Source: an uncultured delta proteobacterium (GTDB lineage Bacteria; Myxococcota_A; Polyangia; Fen-1088). Taken from it: 64,000 bases of DNA. Under the pieces are notes generated by a model. The model did not search any database and was not told the origin of the DNA. It saw nothing but the letters and a program-made list of their open reading frames with translations. The position numbers and the translations under genes were made by a program. The stretch covers positions 32,001 through 96,000 of the forward strand of contig CAVWIP010000014.1 in NCBI GenBank assembly GCA_963755125.1. The letters run 5' to 3'. This document shows, piece after piece, positions 9,300 through 18,835 of the stretch (the first letter of the stretch is position 1; every line of letters starts with the position of its first letter).

Positions 9300-11111
9300 T
9301 CACTGGACCAGCTCGTAGGCGCCGATGTCGAAGGCGCTGCCCTGTGGACGTGGATTGCCGTCGATATCGGTCGTGGCGCTGGTTGTCTTGCCGTGATCCA
9401 CGGCCGGGCTGCTCGATGTGAGATGAAAGTCGTAGGATGTCGGGTCCACGAACATGGGATCACCCGAAACGCTCGCGCTCAGGAACGATGGCGGCGTGCC
9501 GGCCCCGTACAACAGGTTGTTCGAGCCGCTGATGGTGGGCGCGTTCCCTGTGTCGGACGAGAAGTAGCTCTCGTTCGTCAAGGCAACGATCAGATTATCG
9601 TCCATTTGAACGCCCACCGGACCCGAGGCGAGGGCTATCGCGCCGGAAGAGCCTGTGCCGCGCGAGCCGCAATTGTATAGCGTGTTGTTGTAGAGCTGCA
9701 CATTGCCGCTGCCCGGCGAGCCCTGGTTGGTGATGTTGGCGACGTAGATGCACGTGTAGTCCGATGAGCCGTCGGCGGGGTCGGGGCCCTGGCCGACATC
9801 GTAGATCACGTTGTTGTAGGCGACGACCGCTCCCTGCGATGGGTCGACGCTGGCGAAATTGAGCCCATCGCACACGGTGCCGTGAATCACGTTGTCGTGT
9901 ACCACCAGATCGAATTCGTTGGGGCCGGCCGAGTCGTGAAACTGGATTGCCCGGCAGGTCTTGCCATCGCGTACTGTGTTCCAGCCCAGCTCGATGGAAT
10001 CCGATCCGAAGTAGATGCCGTGATAGTACTTGGTGATTGTGGCAACGTTGGCCGCCGCATCGTGCACGACGTTTCCGAATAGCTTGAGCCCCGCCGTGTT
10101 GTCGCCTTGGCCGCCGGTCACACAACCACTCTCGCCAGAGCCGTTGGGGCAAGAGATGTCGTTCCCCACGATCCGCCAACCCACGGCGCCGCCTTCCAGA
10201 TCGATGGCCTCAGTCTCGCCGCGTATGGAAAGTTGCGAGATGACCCAATAGTCAAACGTCCCTGCGATCGCGGGCGTCAGGATGCCGCGTTCAAGGCCAG
10301 AAACCACGCCGATGGTGACGCTGGCCCCCGGATAGGCCACCAGGGCCTTGGGGGCGTTCGCGGTTCCCGAGTTGGCGCCGTCGTTGCTGCTCATACCGAG
10401 CGCGCAGCCATAGGGCGATGAAGAATCCTCCACGGTTTGCGCAAGTGTGTCGCCGGCACTTGTGCCCAGGTAGGCGATGTCCCCCGCCGAGAGGCTGTTC
10501 TTTGCCTTGGGAATCGTCTTCCAAGGGTTGGCGAAACTGCCATCGTTCGAGTCGCTGCCGCTCGCAGTGACGAAGTAGATCGCGCTAGCGCGCACGGTGA
10601 ATGGCAGAGCATTGCTGTCGCCCTTGCCGGGGACGTGCACCACAATGTCGCCTGTCTTTGCGCTCCCTCCGAGCTGAAACGTGATTTTGGTATTCGTCCA
10701 GATTAGATAGTTGTCCGCCGCACTGCCGCCGATCGTCACTGTGGACGTTCCCTGCGTGTCCCCGAATCCGTTGCCGAAGACCGTGACGTAGGCGCCTTTG
10801 CCGGACTGGCCGCCGCTATTGGGACCGCTGGTCAAGTCGGAGAAGAACAAGGAAAGGCCAGCGATCGGCGCGGGGCCTGTGGAAGCAGACGTGCCGCCTC
10901 TGTTGCTGGCGCCACCCGCGCTGCCCGTGATGCCGCCACTATTTCCGCCCGATGCAGCGGAAGAGATCTGATTGTCTCCACCGCCGGTGGAACTTTGTCC
11001 GCCGCTGCCCCCGATCGCGCCGGCGTCTGCGCTTCGAGGTGCCGCGCCGCCACAAGCCGGCAGCACCATCGACCCAACCGCAAACATGGCTAGCAAATGA
11101 CTTGAGGGCAT
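9300..11111 (-). CDS. Secreted lipoprotein: IPT/TIG domain + right-handed beta-helix (pectin-lyase-like), choice-of-anchor Q type C-terminus
   Basis: Lipobox LPAC, GS linker, VTVFGNGFG, GSDSNDGSFANPWKTI, DFHLTSSSPAVDHG...DIDGNPRPQGSAFDIGAYE. Confidence 0.8.
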   Translation of the reverse strand: MPSSHLLAMFAVGSMVLPACGGAAPRSADAGAIGGSGGQSSTGGGDNQISSAASGGNSGGITGSAGGASNRGGTSASTGPAPIAGLSLFFSDLTSGPNSGGQSGKGAYVTVFGNGFGDTQGTSTVTIGGSAADNYLIWTNTKITFQLGGSAKTGDIVVHVPGKGDSNALPFTVRASAIYFVTASGSDSNDGSFANPWKTIPKAKNSLSAGDIAYLGTSAGDTLAQTVEDSSSPYGCALGMSSNDGANSGTANAPKALVAYPGASVTIGVVSGLERGILTPAIAGTFDYWVISQLSIRGETEAIDLEGGAVGWRIVGNDISCPNGSGESGCVTGGQGDNTAGLKLFGNVVHDAAANVATITKYYHGIYFGSDSIELGWNTVRDGKTCRAIQFHDSAGPNEFDLVVHDNVIHGTVCDGLNFASVDPSQGAVVAYNNVIYDVGQGPDPADGSSDYTCIYVANITNQGSPGSGNVQLYNNTLYNCGSRGTGSSGAIALASGPVGVQMDDNLIVALTNESYFSSDTGNAPTISGSNNLLYGAGTPPSFLSASVSGDPMFVDPTSYDFHLTSSSPAVDHGKTTSATTDIDGNPRPQGSAFDIGAYELVQ

Positions 11112-11465
11112 GGGCTAAAGCCTACACTATCCACCACGACTCGATTGACATTCGCGGACGCGGGCGTCACTCCAACCGATGTGTCAAACCGTCCGGCGCT
11201 CTCGTGCCGCCGGTCATTAATTCTGCGAGGAATGGACGGCCGATCCATCCCCGGCCGCTGCGTTGCTTCTCGGTCACATAGGTCGATACTCCCTCGTCGC
11301 GCCTCGCGGCCGGGGCGCCTCAATGGCCCCTCCCCTCGACAATTTCTGACCGGCATAACCGGCCTAGGCCCTTTCCAGCAAGGCCACCGTGGTCATGGCT
11401 ATGGCGAGCGCAGCAGCCCTGTCTGCGAAGCAGTTCTCGATTCCGCGCTCGCCAGCCTGCGCTCT

Positions 11466-12017
11466 CTACTTGGCCTTCTTGAGCGACTGCGCGAGCTTCA
11501 CGGCCTCGCCAACGCCCTTGTCCTTCGCCATCTGCTTAACCTTGGCGCGGTCGGCGCCAGCGAGCGATTTCAAGGAGCCCAGGTACTGCCCTTGCAGTTT
11601 GCGCGCCTTCTTGACCGCCGCAGTGATCTTGGGCGCCTTCTTTGCCACCGCAGGCTTCGCGCCGGTGGACTGGGTCGCGCTGGCAGCTCTCCGCTCCTCG
11701 CGGTACTTCCTGATCTTGGCCTTGGGCACGTTCTTGTGCGCTTTGCACACCATTCCGAAGACTGGTGCCGCCGGGTTTTTGCAGCCGGGCACCGGGCAGA
11801 GCTGCTTCGGGGGCTTCTTGCGCGCTGACACGGGCGCCAGATGCGCCACGGTCTGCTTCGGCGGGCGGCCGGGCCCGCGCTTCTGCGGGATCCCGAAGGC
11901 ACCGGCGAGGGCAGCCTGGATACGCTGAGCGGTGGCCGCTTCCACGGCAGCAACAAGCTGACGGGTGAAGGTCTCGACCAGGGAGGTGACGTTCAGAGCG
12001 ACGGATGGGTTGGGCAT
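11466..12017 (-). CDS. Basic protein with AT-hook and Cys/His cluster (candidate nucleoid-associated protein)
   Basis: AGGAGA RBS; KRGPGRPPK; CPVPGC...C..H; Lys/Ala-rich. Confidence 0.75.
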   Translation of the reverse strand: MPNPSVALNVTSLVETFTRQLVAAVEAATAQRIQAALAGAFGIPQKRGPGRPPKQTVAHLAPVSARKKPPKQLCPVPGCKNPAAPVFGMVCKAHKNVPKAKIRKYREERRAASATQSTGAKPAVAKKAPKITAAVKKARKLQGQYLGSLKSLAGADRAKVKQMAKDKGVGEAVKLAQSLKKAK

Positions 12018-12147
12018 TGGTTCTCCTGTGTGATTTCTCCGGCACATCCTATTGCGCATGCGCGAGAAGTGCAACCATCGATATGCAAATGTGGTTGGGG
12101 TATACTTTCAAGCGTGATCGTGGCGGAATCGCAACCCGAAAAGGCCA

Positions 12148-13299
12148 GTGATGGGTAGGTCACTGCTATCGTTGCTTCTGGCGTTCGGGTTCTCCAGTGC
12201 GGTTGGCTCCTGCGGGGGACGGCAAACCGGCACGCCTTCCGGTACCGGCGGGCGCGCATCCACGGCAGGGGGCCCGGGCGGGTCGGCCGGATCACTGCAA
12301 TCGCATACGGCTGGCTCCACTGGCAGTGGCGGCGGGACGGACGGAAGTACAGGCGTGGGCGGGGCTAGCAGCACGGGTGGCGCGATCGGCGCAGGAGGTT
12401 CCAGTGGGGTCGACGGCGGCAGTGGGGCGACGTGCAGCTATCAGCCGGCGGAATGGATCGTCGCGCGCTGGCCCATGCCCAATCCCGCGGCCAGTGGATT
12501 GCCCAATCCCTCCAGCTACACCGACAACGGAGACGGAACAGTGAAGGACAACGTGACCGGGCTGGTTTGGCAGAAGAGCGTGGCGAGCACGCAGGTTTAT
12601 GCCTGGTGCGACGCCATCGCCTATTGCGCTAGCCTGCAACTCGCGGGACGGACCTGGCACCTACCGACCCGTATTGAGTTGCTCTCTATTGTGGATTTCC
12701 TGCACACGAGTCCGGCCATCGATACCACCGCCTTTCCCGGTACCCCAGGCGGCAAGTACCATTGGACGTCTTCCCCGTGGGTGGTATCGCAGATTGCCAG
12801 CAAGCCGCAGTACTCGTGGATCGTCAATTTTTACGAAGGACTGACCAGCAATGCGGGCGGCCGGACTCTCGCCGAATACGCTCGTTGCGTCTCGTCGCCG
12901 ACCAACCCCTTGCCAGCTCAACGGTACACCCAGGTGGCCACCGGCGAGGTCCAGGATGTGGAAACCGGCCTCATCTGGGTCCAGGCCAGTTCGTCAGCGA
13001 CCATGGCCTTCGATGCGGCCCAGACCTACTGTTCGACATTGAACCTCAACGGCCACACCTGGCGTGTGCCGAGCATAAAGGAATTGTCCACGCTTGTGGA
13101 CGAGGTGCCTCCCATCAGCAAGGTCTCGCCGGCAATCGACACGACGACGTTTCCCGATACGTCGTCGTCAGGGCCGTACTGGTCTTCCTCGCTGTTCGGT
13201 GGCCAGGCGGCCACGGCTCACGACCCATGGGTCATCAACTACATGGACGGGTTCACCGAATATAACCAGACGGCTGCTCTGGTTCGCTGCGTGCGTTGA
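12148..13299 (+). CDS. DUF1566 (Lcl C-terminal) tandem-domain lipoprotein
   Basis: YTDNGDGTVKDNVTGLVWQ, WHLPTRIELLSI; second copy DVETGLIW..WRVPSIKELSTL..VRCVR. Confidence 0.88.
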   Translation: MMGRSLLSLLLAFGFSSAVGSCGGRQTGTPSGTGGRASTAGGPGGSAGSLQSHTAGSTGSGGGTDGSTGVGGASSTGGAIGAGGSSGVDGGSGATCSYQPAEWIVARWPMPNPAASGLPNPSSYTDNGDGTVKDNVTGLVWQKSVASTQVYAWCDAIAYCASLQLAGRTWHLPTRIELLSIVDFLHTSPAIDTTAFPGTPGGKYHWTSSPWVVSQIASKPQYSWIVNFYEGLTSNAGGRTLAEYARCVSSPTNPLPAQRYTQVATGEVQDVETGLIWVQASSSATMAFDAAQTYCSTLNLNGHTWRVPSIKELSTLVDEVPPISKVSPAIDTTTFPDTSSSGPYWSSSLFGGQAATAHDPWVINYMDGFTEYNQTAALVRCVR

Positions 13300-13314
13300 C
13301 GGTTGCTTTGGCCG

Positions 13315-14076
13315 TCAGTCGAACTGCACCGATCGCTTGGTGAACGCCCCTTCCATCCACCAGCCGGTGATGGGGAAGGTTGTCCGTGGCCGGTCGTCGG
13401 CCACCGCGCCGGCCGCCACCAGCAGTGGCGCGTAGTGCTCCCAGGTTGGCAGGGCCATGTGGGCCGCAGGGGCGCGTGCCTGAAAGTCGAGAAGCGCGTC
13501 GGCATCGAAGCGTAGGAGCGCGTCGGCTGCCCAGGCGTCGAAGTCCCTCGCCCATGAGGGGATGCCGGGGCGGAAGGCATAGCGCATGTTGTGCGTGATG
13601 AATCCGCTGCCGAAAATCAGCACCCCTTCGTGGCGCAGCGGTGCGAGCGACTGGCCGAGCCTGAAGAGTTCCTGGGCGTCCAGGCCGGGCATCGACACCT
13701 GTAGCACCGGGACATCCGCGTCGGGATACATCGGCACCAGCGGGACATAGGCCCCGTGGTCGAGCCCGCGCTCCGGGTCTTCGGCAACCGGCAGTTTCTT
13801 CTGTCGCAGAAACTCGCGCACGCGCGCGGCGAGATCGGGCGCACCGGGCGCGGGGTAGCGGGTCTGGTAGTAGCGCTCGGGGAAGCCATAGAAGTCGTAG
13901 ATGAGCGGCCTCGTCCTGGTGGCGCCCAGGGTGGTGGGCTGCTCCTCCCAGTGCGCCGAGATCATGAGGATGCTTGTTGGCTTCGGCATCGCCTTCGCCC
14001 AAGCGGCAAGTTCGGCCATCCACCCAGCGTCGTCGAGCAAGACCGGCGCGCCGTGCGCCGCGAAGATGACCGGCAT
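13315..14076 (-). CDS. Class III extradiol ring-cleavage dioxygenase (LigB/YgiD/DODA-like)
   Basis: MPVIFAAHGAP, ISAHW, IYDFYGFP, RGLDHG, GSGFITHN, PTWEHYAPL. Confidence 0.92.
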   Translation of the reverse strand: MPVIFAAHGAPVLLDDAGWMAELAAWAKAMPKPTSILMISAHWEEQPTTLGATRTRPLIYDFYGFPERYYQTRYPAPGAPDLAARVREFLRQKKLPVAEDPERGLDHGAYVPLVPMYPDADVPVLQVSMPGLDAQELFRLGQSLAPLRHEGVLIFGSGFITHNMRYAFRPGIPSWARDFDAWAADALLRFDADALLDFQARAPAAHMALPTWEHYAPLLVAAGAVADDRPRTTFPITGWWMEGAFTKRSVQFD

Positions 14077-14278
14077 CGATCTCAAACCGAGATCCTCGCG
14101 CATGCTCTGCAGATTCTCTTCGCGTTCCACCTCGCAATTCGATGCCGCTGGCCGCGGGTCGTTACCGGGCGGCTCGCGATGGTGGCGCGAACCGCCACGG
14201 CACACGAAACGCGATCCTTCGCGCGGGTGAGGGCGGGACATTCACGGGCCACGTGGTAAAAGCTGGGCTCGATTCGCC

Positions 14279-15076
14279 ATGCGGCCGAGTATCGCACGCA
14301 ACACCGTGGCGTCCGAACGTGACGTCAGCGTCGGACCATGGTCCGACGGCGAGCGGGCGCGGCGCTACGACTCTACCGAGAACCGCCACTTCTACCGGAC
14401 GTTGCTGGCACGGTTGGTTGCTGACGCTGGGCCACTGACTGGCGGGCGCGGGCTCGACCTGGGTTGTGGTAGTGGCTTTGCGACGGAAGGGCTGTTGCGG
14501 GCGTTTCCTGGTGTCGCCTGGCAGGGTGTGGACGTGTCGTCGCCCATGCTGGCACGGGCAGCGTGCAAGCCGACGCTCGCGGCGGTTCCGCTGCGCCACG
14601 CGGCTGCCGAGGCGTTGCCGTATGCCACGGGCTCGCTCGACGTGGTGGTGAGCAATTTCTCTTGGCACTGGTTCGGGCCTGCTGCCGCAGGCGAGGTGCT
14701 GCGGGTGCTGCGGCCTGGCGGGTGGCTCTTGGTGAGCGCGCCCCTGCGCCGGTTCAGCAGTGCGGAGGGCAATCGCTGGCTGGCCCGGCAACTGCACGCG
14801 CGTCGGGGCGGCTTTTGCCGGCTTGCCAGCCAGGGCTTGCGGATCGAAGAGATGGCCAGCCTGTTGCCCGGGGAGCTGCGCACCCACCGCGTCGAGTCGG
14901 TGGCGATCGAGGAGCGATTTGTCGACGCTTCCGCGCTGCTCGCCACCTTGGAAAGCCGTGGGTCGCTGCATGCAATCTTTGGTGCCGACGGGTTGCGGGC
15001 GTCCGGAGAATGGCCCGCGGGCAGCTTGGCCTTCGAGTGGCACGTGGGGCTGTTGCACGCGCAGGTCGGACCGTGA
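14279..15076 (+). CDS. Class I SAM-dependent methyltransferase
   Basis: LDLGCGSG, GVDVSSPML, AEALP, RVLRPGG. Confidence 0.88.
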   Translation: MRPSIARNTVASERDVSVGPWSDGERARRYDSTENRHFYRTLLARLVADAGPLTGGRGLDLGCGSGFATEGLLRAFPGVAWQGVDVSSPMLARAACKPTLAAVPLRHAAAEALPYATGSLDVVVSNFSWHWFGPAAAGEVLRVLRPGGWLLVSAPLRRFSSAEGNRWLARQLHARRGGFCRLASQGLRIEEMASLLPGELRTHRVESVAIEERFVDASALLATLESRGSLHAIFGADGLRASGEWPAGSLAFEWHVGLLHAQVGP

Positions 15077-16179
15077 CGCGCGATCCGGGCCCGATCGTTA
15101 TCATCGGTGCCGGCATGGCCGGGGTGGCGACCGCCTTTCACCTCGGGCAGCGTGGGGTGCGCGAGATCGTCATCGTGGAGCGTGAGGCGCAGGTGGCGGC
15201 GCACGCGTCTGGGCGGAACGCAGGTATCTTCCGCCTGCTCGACCGGGATCGTTCGAACGTGCTGCTTGCGCAGGAAACCCAGGCGCAGCTTGCAGCCATG
15301 TCGTGGTCTCAGGACGTGGTTCGATCGGGCGGGGCGTTGACTGTGGTCGCGGCGGAGGGGCTGGCTCGGCTGCAAGCTCTGGCGCAGGTGGCGCGAGCGG
15401 AGGGCGTGGAGCTAACCGAATGGACGCCAGGCCGTGCCGCGGATGTGGTCCCCGCCCTCGATGCCAGCCGGATCGCCGGCGTGTTGCACGTACCCGGCGA
15501 AGGCACCATCGACATCCACCGCCTGGTGCACGGCACTCTCGAACGAGCGCGCGCGGCTGGCGGGCAGGTGCGTCTTGCGTGCGAGGTGCGCGAGGTGCGC
15601 GTGAGAGAGGGCCGTGTCTGCGGCGTGACGACGGACGCAGGCGAGATCGAAGCCTCGGTTGTGGTGAACGCGGCCGGCGCCTGGGCCGGTGAGCTGGGTC
15701 GTCAGGCGGGCGCAACCTCGCTGCCCGTGCAGCCTGTGCGGCGGCACCTGGCGTTCTTGCGAGTTGCGGGCTCGGCTTCGGCGTGGCCCGTGGTCTGGGA
15801 TCTGTCGACGCCGTTCTACTTCCGTCCTGAATCGGGCGGCGTGCTGGTGAGTCTGTGCGAGGAGATCCCGTCACAGCCTGGTGACGAATCCTGCGACGAT
15901 CACCTGGCCGAGCGGTTGGCCGCCGGGATGCACGGCTTGCGGCCGCCACTCGACGACGCCCACCTGGTGCGCGCGTGGGCGTGTCAGCGGACCATGACGC
16001 CGGATGCTCGTTTCGTAATCGGGCCTGACCCCAGGCTGGAAGGGTTCTTCTGGGTTGCGGGGTTGGGCGGCCACGGCATGTCAGCCGGTCTGGCCGCAGG
16101 CCGCGTGGCCGCGGATCTGATCCTGGGCGAGCATCTTGCCGAGGCCGAGGTTCTCTCTCCTAGGCGCTTTGGCCGGTAG
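15073..16179 (+). CDS. FAD-dependent oxidoreductase (DAO/sarcosine oxidase beta-like)
   Basis: IIGAGMAG, ASGRNAG, VVNAAGAW, TPDARFVIG, GLGGHG; GTG start overlapping previous stop. Confidence 0.88.
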   Translation: MTRDPGPIVIIGAGMAGVATAFHLGQRGVREIVIVEREAQVAAHASGRNAGIFRLLDRDRSNVLLAQETQAQLAAMSWSQDVVRSGGALTVVAAEGLARLQALAQVARAEGVELTEWTPGRAADVVPALDASRIAGVLHVPGEGTIDIHRLVHGTLERARAAGGQVRLACEVREVRVREGRVCGVTTDAGEIEASVVVNAAGAWAGELGRQAGATSLPVQPVRRHLAFLRVAGSASAWPVVWDLSTPFYFRPESGGVLVSLCEEIPSQPGDESCDDHLAERLAAGMHGLRPPLDDAHLVRAWACQRTMTPDARFVIGPDPRLEGFFWVAGLGGHGMSAGLAAGRVAADLILGEHLAEAEVLSPRRFGR

Positions 16180-16267
16180 GTTTGCATGGCCGGAAGAGAG
16201 TCGTGGTCGGTGGAGAAAGAGTTCCTTGCGACGGTGGCAGGGCGCTGGTATTGCCTTCGGTAGACTC

Positions 16268-17647
16268 ATGAAACGCGTCGTCGTCGTCGGGGCCGGAATC
16301 TCCGGCCTGTCGCTCGCTTTCGAGCTGCAACGGATCGGGGTTTCCGTGCTGGTGCTGGAGAGTGAGCGGCGCGCGGGCGGCAAGATCGAGACCGATCGGC
16401 GCGATGGCTACATCTGTGAGCGCGGGCCGGCCAGCTATCTCGACCGGCACAACAGCATCGCGCCGTTGGCGCGCAGCCTGGGCATCGAAGGCCGCGTGCT
16501 TCCGGCCTTCGACGCTGGCGAGCGCCGATTGGTGGTGGCGGACGGCAGACTGCACGACACGCCGCTGGACGCAGCGGCATTCTTGCGGTCGCGGCTTCTG
16601 CCCCTGTCGGCCAAGCTGCGCATGCTGGCCGATCTGGTGCTGCCCCGTGGCCCGTCGGCGCGTGGCCAGGAGGAATCCGTCACCGCGTTCGCCAGTCGGC
16701 GCCTGGGCGTGCTGGCCGGCGAGCGTTTGCTGCAGCCGCTGGTTTCCGGGCTGTACGCGGGCGATCCCGATGCGGTCAGCTTGCCAGCCGCGTTTCCGCT
16801 CATGGCCGCGCTGGAGCGGGAGCATCGGAGCCTAATCCTGGGCTTGCGCGCTGATCTCAAGCAACAGCGGGCGAGGCGTCAGACGGCCAGCGATGCGCCC
16901 CAGCTGTCATCGTTCGTCACCGGGCTGGATGAGCTGACCACGGCGCTGGCCAGCAGGCTGGGCGATCGGCTTCGGCTGGGTGCGCGCGTCGTTCAGGTAG
17001 AGCGCACCGCCAGTGGCTTTCGCCTAGCGGTCGACGAGAATGGGAGCAGTGGCACCATGGACGGCGACGCTGTGGTGCTGGCCATTCCGGCACACCAAGC
17101 CTGTGCTGTGGTCCGGCCGCTGGATTGCGATCTGTCCGAGATCCTGGCGCGCATCCCCTATGTCCCAGTTGCGCTGGTGCACCTGGGCTATTTCTCCTCG
17201 GCGCTGCTGCGGCCGATGGACGCCTACGGGTTCTTCGTGCCCGCCTCCGAGCCCCTGAAGGTCGTCGGCGCGATCTTTGCGTCGGCCATCTTTCCGAATC
17301 GTGCACCGACCCGGTTTTCGCTCTTCTCGGTGCGCACCGGCGGTGCCCGCCATCCTGAAACTGCAAGCCTGCCTGACGAAGAGTTGACGGCGTTGGCCCA
17401 CGCGGACCTTCGCGGCCTGCTGGGCCTGACCGCGCCGCCCGCCTTCGCGCACGTTGTCCGGCACGAGCGCGGCTTGCCACAGTACACGCTCGGGCACATG
17501 GACCGTGTGGCTGCCCTGGAATCCGGCGAGCGGCGCTACCCCGGCCTGTATTTTCACGGCAACGCCTATCACAACGCCGGCGTGCCCGAACTGGTCGGCC
17601 GATCGGGCAAGCTGGCGCGCAGGCTGGCGGAGGAGCTTTCACGATGA
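16268..17647 (+). CDS. hemG: Protoporphyrinogen/coproporphyrinogen oxidase (HemY type)
   Basis: VVVGAGISGL, RAGGKIET, ERGP, GLYAGD, LPQYTLGH. Confidence 0.88.
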   Translation: MKRVVVVGAGISGLSLAFELQRIGVSVLVLESERRAGGKIETDRRDGYICERGPASYLDRHNSIAPLARSLGIEGRVLPAFDAGERRLVVADGRLHDTPLDAAAFLRSRLLPLSAKLRMLADLVLPRGPSARGQEESVTAFASRRLGVLAGERLLQPLVSGLYAGDPDAVSLPAAFPLMAALEREHRSLILGLRADLKQQRARRQTASDAPQLSSFVTGLDELTTALASRLGDRLRLGARVVQVERTASGFRLAVDENGSSGTMDGDAVVLAIPAHQACAVVRPLDCDLSEILARIPYVPVALVHLGYFSSALLRPMDAYGFFVPASEPLKVVGAIFASAIFPNRAPTRFSLFSVRTGGARHPETASLPDEELTALAHADLRGLLGLTAPPAFAHVVRHERGLPQYTLGHMDRVAALESGERRYPGLYFHGNAYHNAGVPELVGRSGKLARRLAEELSR

Positions 17648-18696
17648 GAGAAGTTCTGGAAGCGGCTCTCTTGCGCGAACTGGGTGCTACCTGGCGCGAG
17701 ATCAGCGGCAACCACTTCCGCGGTCGGTTGCAGCCGCCGGTGTTCGCCTTGCACGATGCCGGTGCGCGCCTGGGATTCTGGGAGCGCCGCAGCCGTACCC
17801 TCTCACTGGCGCGCTCGCTGGTCTATGACCAGCCCTGGGGCGTGGTGCGCGAGGTGCTCAAGCACGAGATCGCGCATCAGTATGTCGACGAGGTCATGGC
17901 CGTCGACGACCAGAGCGCGCACGGTCCGGCCTTCGAGAATCTGTGCCGGCAGCATGGCTTCGATCCGTCGGCGCGCGGTTTGCCCCAGGCGGCAGGCGGT
18001 GACGGCAACCCGGTGCTGCGCCGGATCGCGCGCTTGCTCGCCCTGGCCGAGAGCCCAAATCTGCACGAGGCCGAGGCTGCCATGAACACGGCGCAACGGC
18101 TGATGCTCAAGCACAACATCGACCAGACGGTAGCGCGGGCCAGCGAGGGCTTCGCCTTCCGGCACCTGGGCCGGCCCAGCGGCCGCATCGAGGCGGCCGA
18201 GCATGTGCTGGCGGGCATACTGGCGCGCCACTTCTTCGTCGAGGTGATCTGGGTGCCGTACTACGTGCCCAGCGAGGGGCGGCGAGGTCGCGTGCTGGAG
18301 GTCTGTGGCTCCTTGTCCAATCTGGAAGTGGCGACGTACGTGCACGGGTTTCTGCTCGAGACGGCGGAACGTCTGTGGCGCGAGCACAGGCGTCGCCACG
18401 GCATCGCCAGCAACCGCGAGCGACGGCGTTTCATGGCCGGGGTGATGATTGGTTTCGACGAGAAGCTGAAGTCGGGTGCCGCCGAGAGCCGGCGCGAGGG
18501 CCTGATCTGGGTGGGCGATCCCGCGCTGGCCAGCTATCTGCGCCAGCGCTATCCGCGCACGACACGTGGTTCGGGCATCGGCCTTTACCGGACCGAGGCC
18601 TACGAGCACGGTCGCAAGGCCGGGCGCGAGATCGTGTTGCACCGGCCGGTCAGCGGGAGCAGCGAACGAGGACGCCTGCTGGGCCCGGTTCGGTGA
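17644..18696 (+). CDS. SprT-like metalloprotease / DUF2786 domain protein
   Basis: HEIAH (HExxH), HGPAF; RIARLLALAESPNLHEAEAA. Confidence 0.82.
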   Translation: MREVLEAALLRELGATWREISGNHFRGRLQPPVFALHDAGARLGFWERRSRTLSLARSLVYDQPWGVVREVLKHEIAHQYVDEVMAVDDQSAHGPAFENLCRQHGFDPSARGLPQAAGGDGNPVLRRIARLLALAESPNLHEAEAAMNTAQRLMLKHNIDQTVARASEGFAFRHLGRPSGRIEAAEHVLAGILARHFFVEVIWVPYYVPSEGRRGRVLEVCGSLSNLEVATYVHGFLLETAERLWREHRRRHGIASNRERRRFMAGVMIGFDEKLKSGAAESRREGLIWVGDPALASYLRQRYPRTTRGSGIGLYRTEAYEHGRKAGREIVLHRPVSGSSERGRLLGPVR

Positions 18697-18835
18697 ATGG
18701 TCATGTGGGCGTGACGTCCTCCAGCCCCGTGCCATGAGCTTGCCGGTGGCTGGCGCCGGGGCCACCAGCACAGGCTCTCAGGCAAGATCCATCGCTCAGC
18801 GCGCACCTTCTTCTCGCGAGTTCCGATAAACTCGC

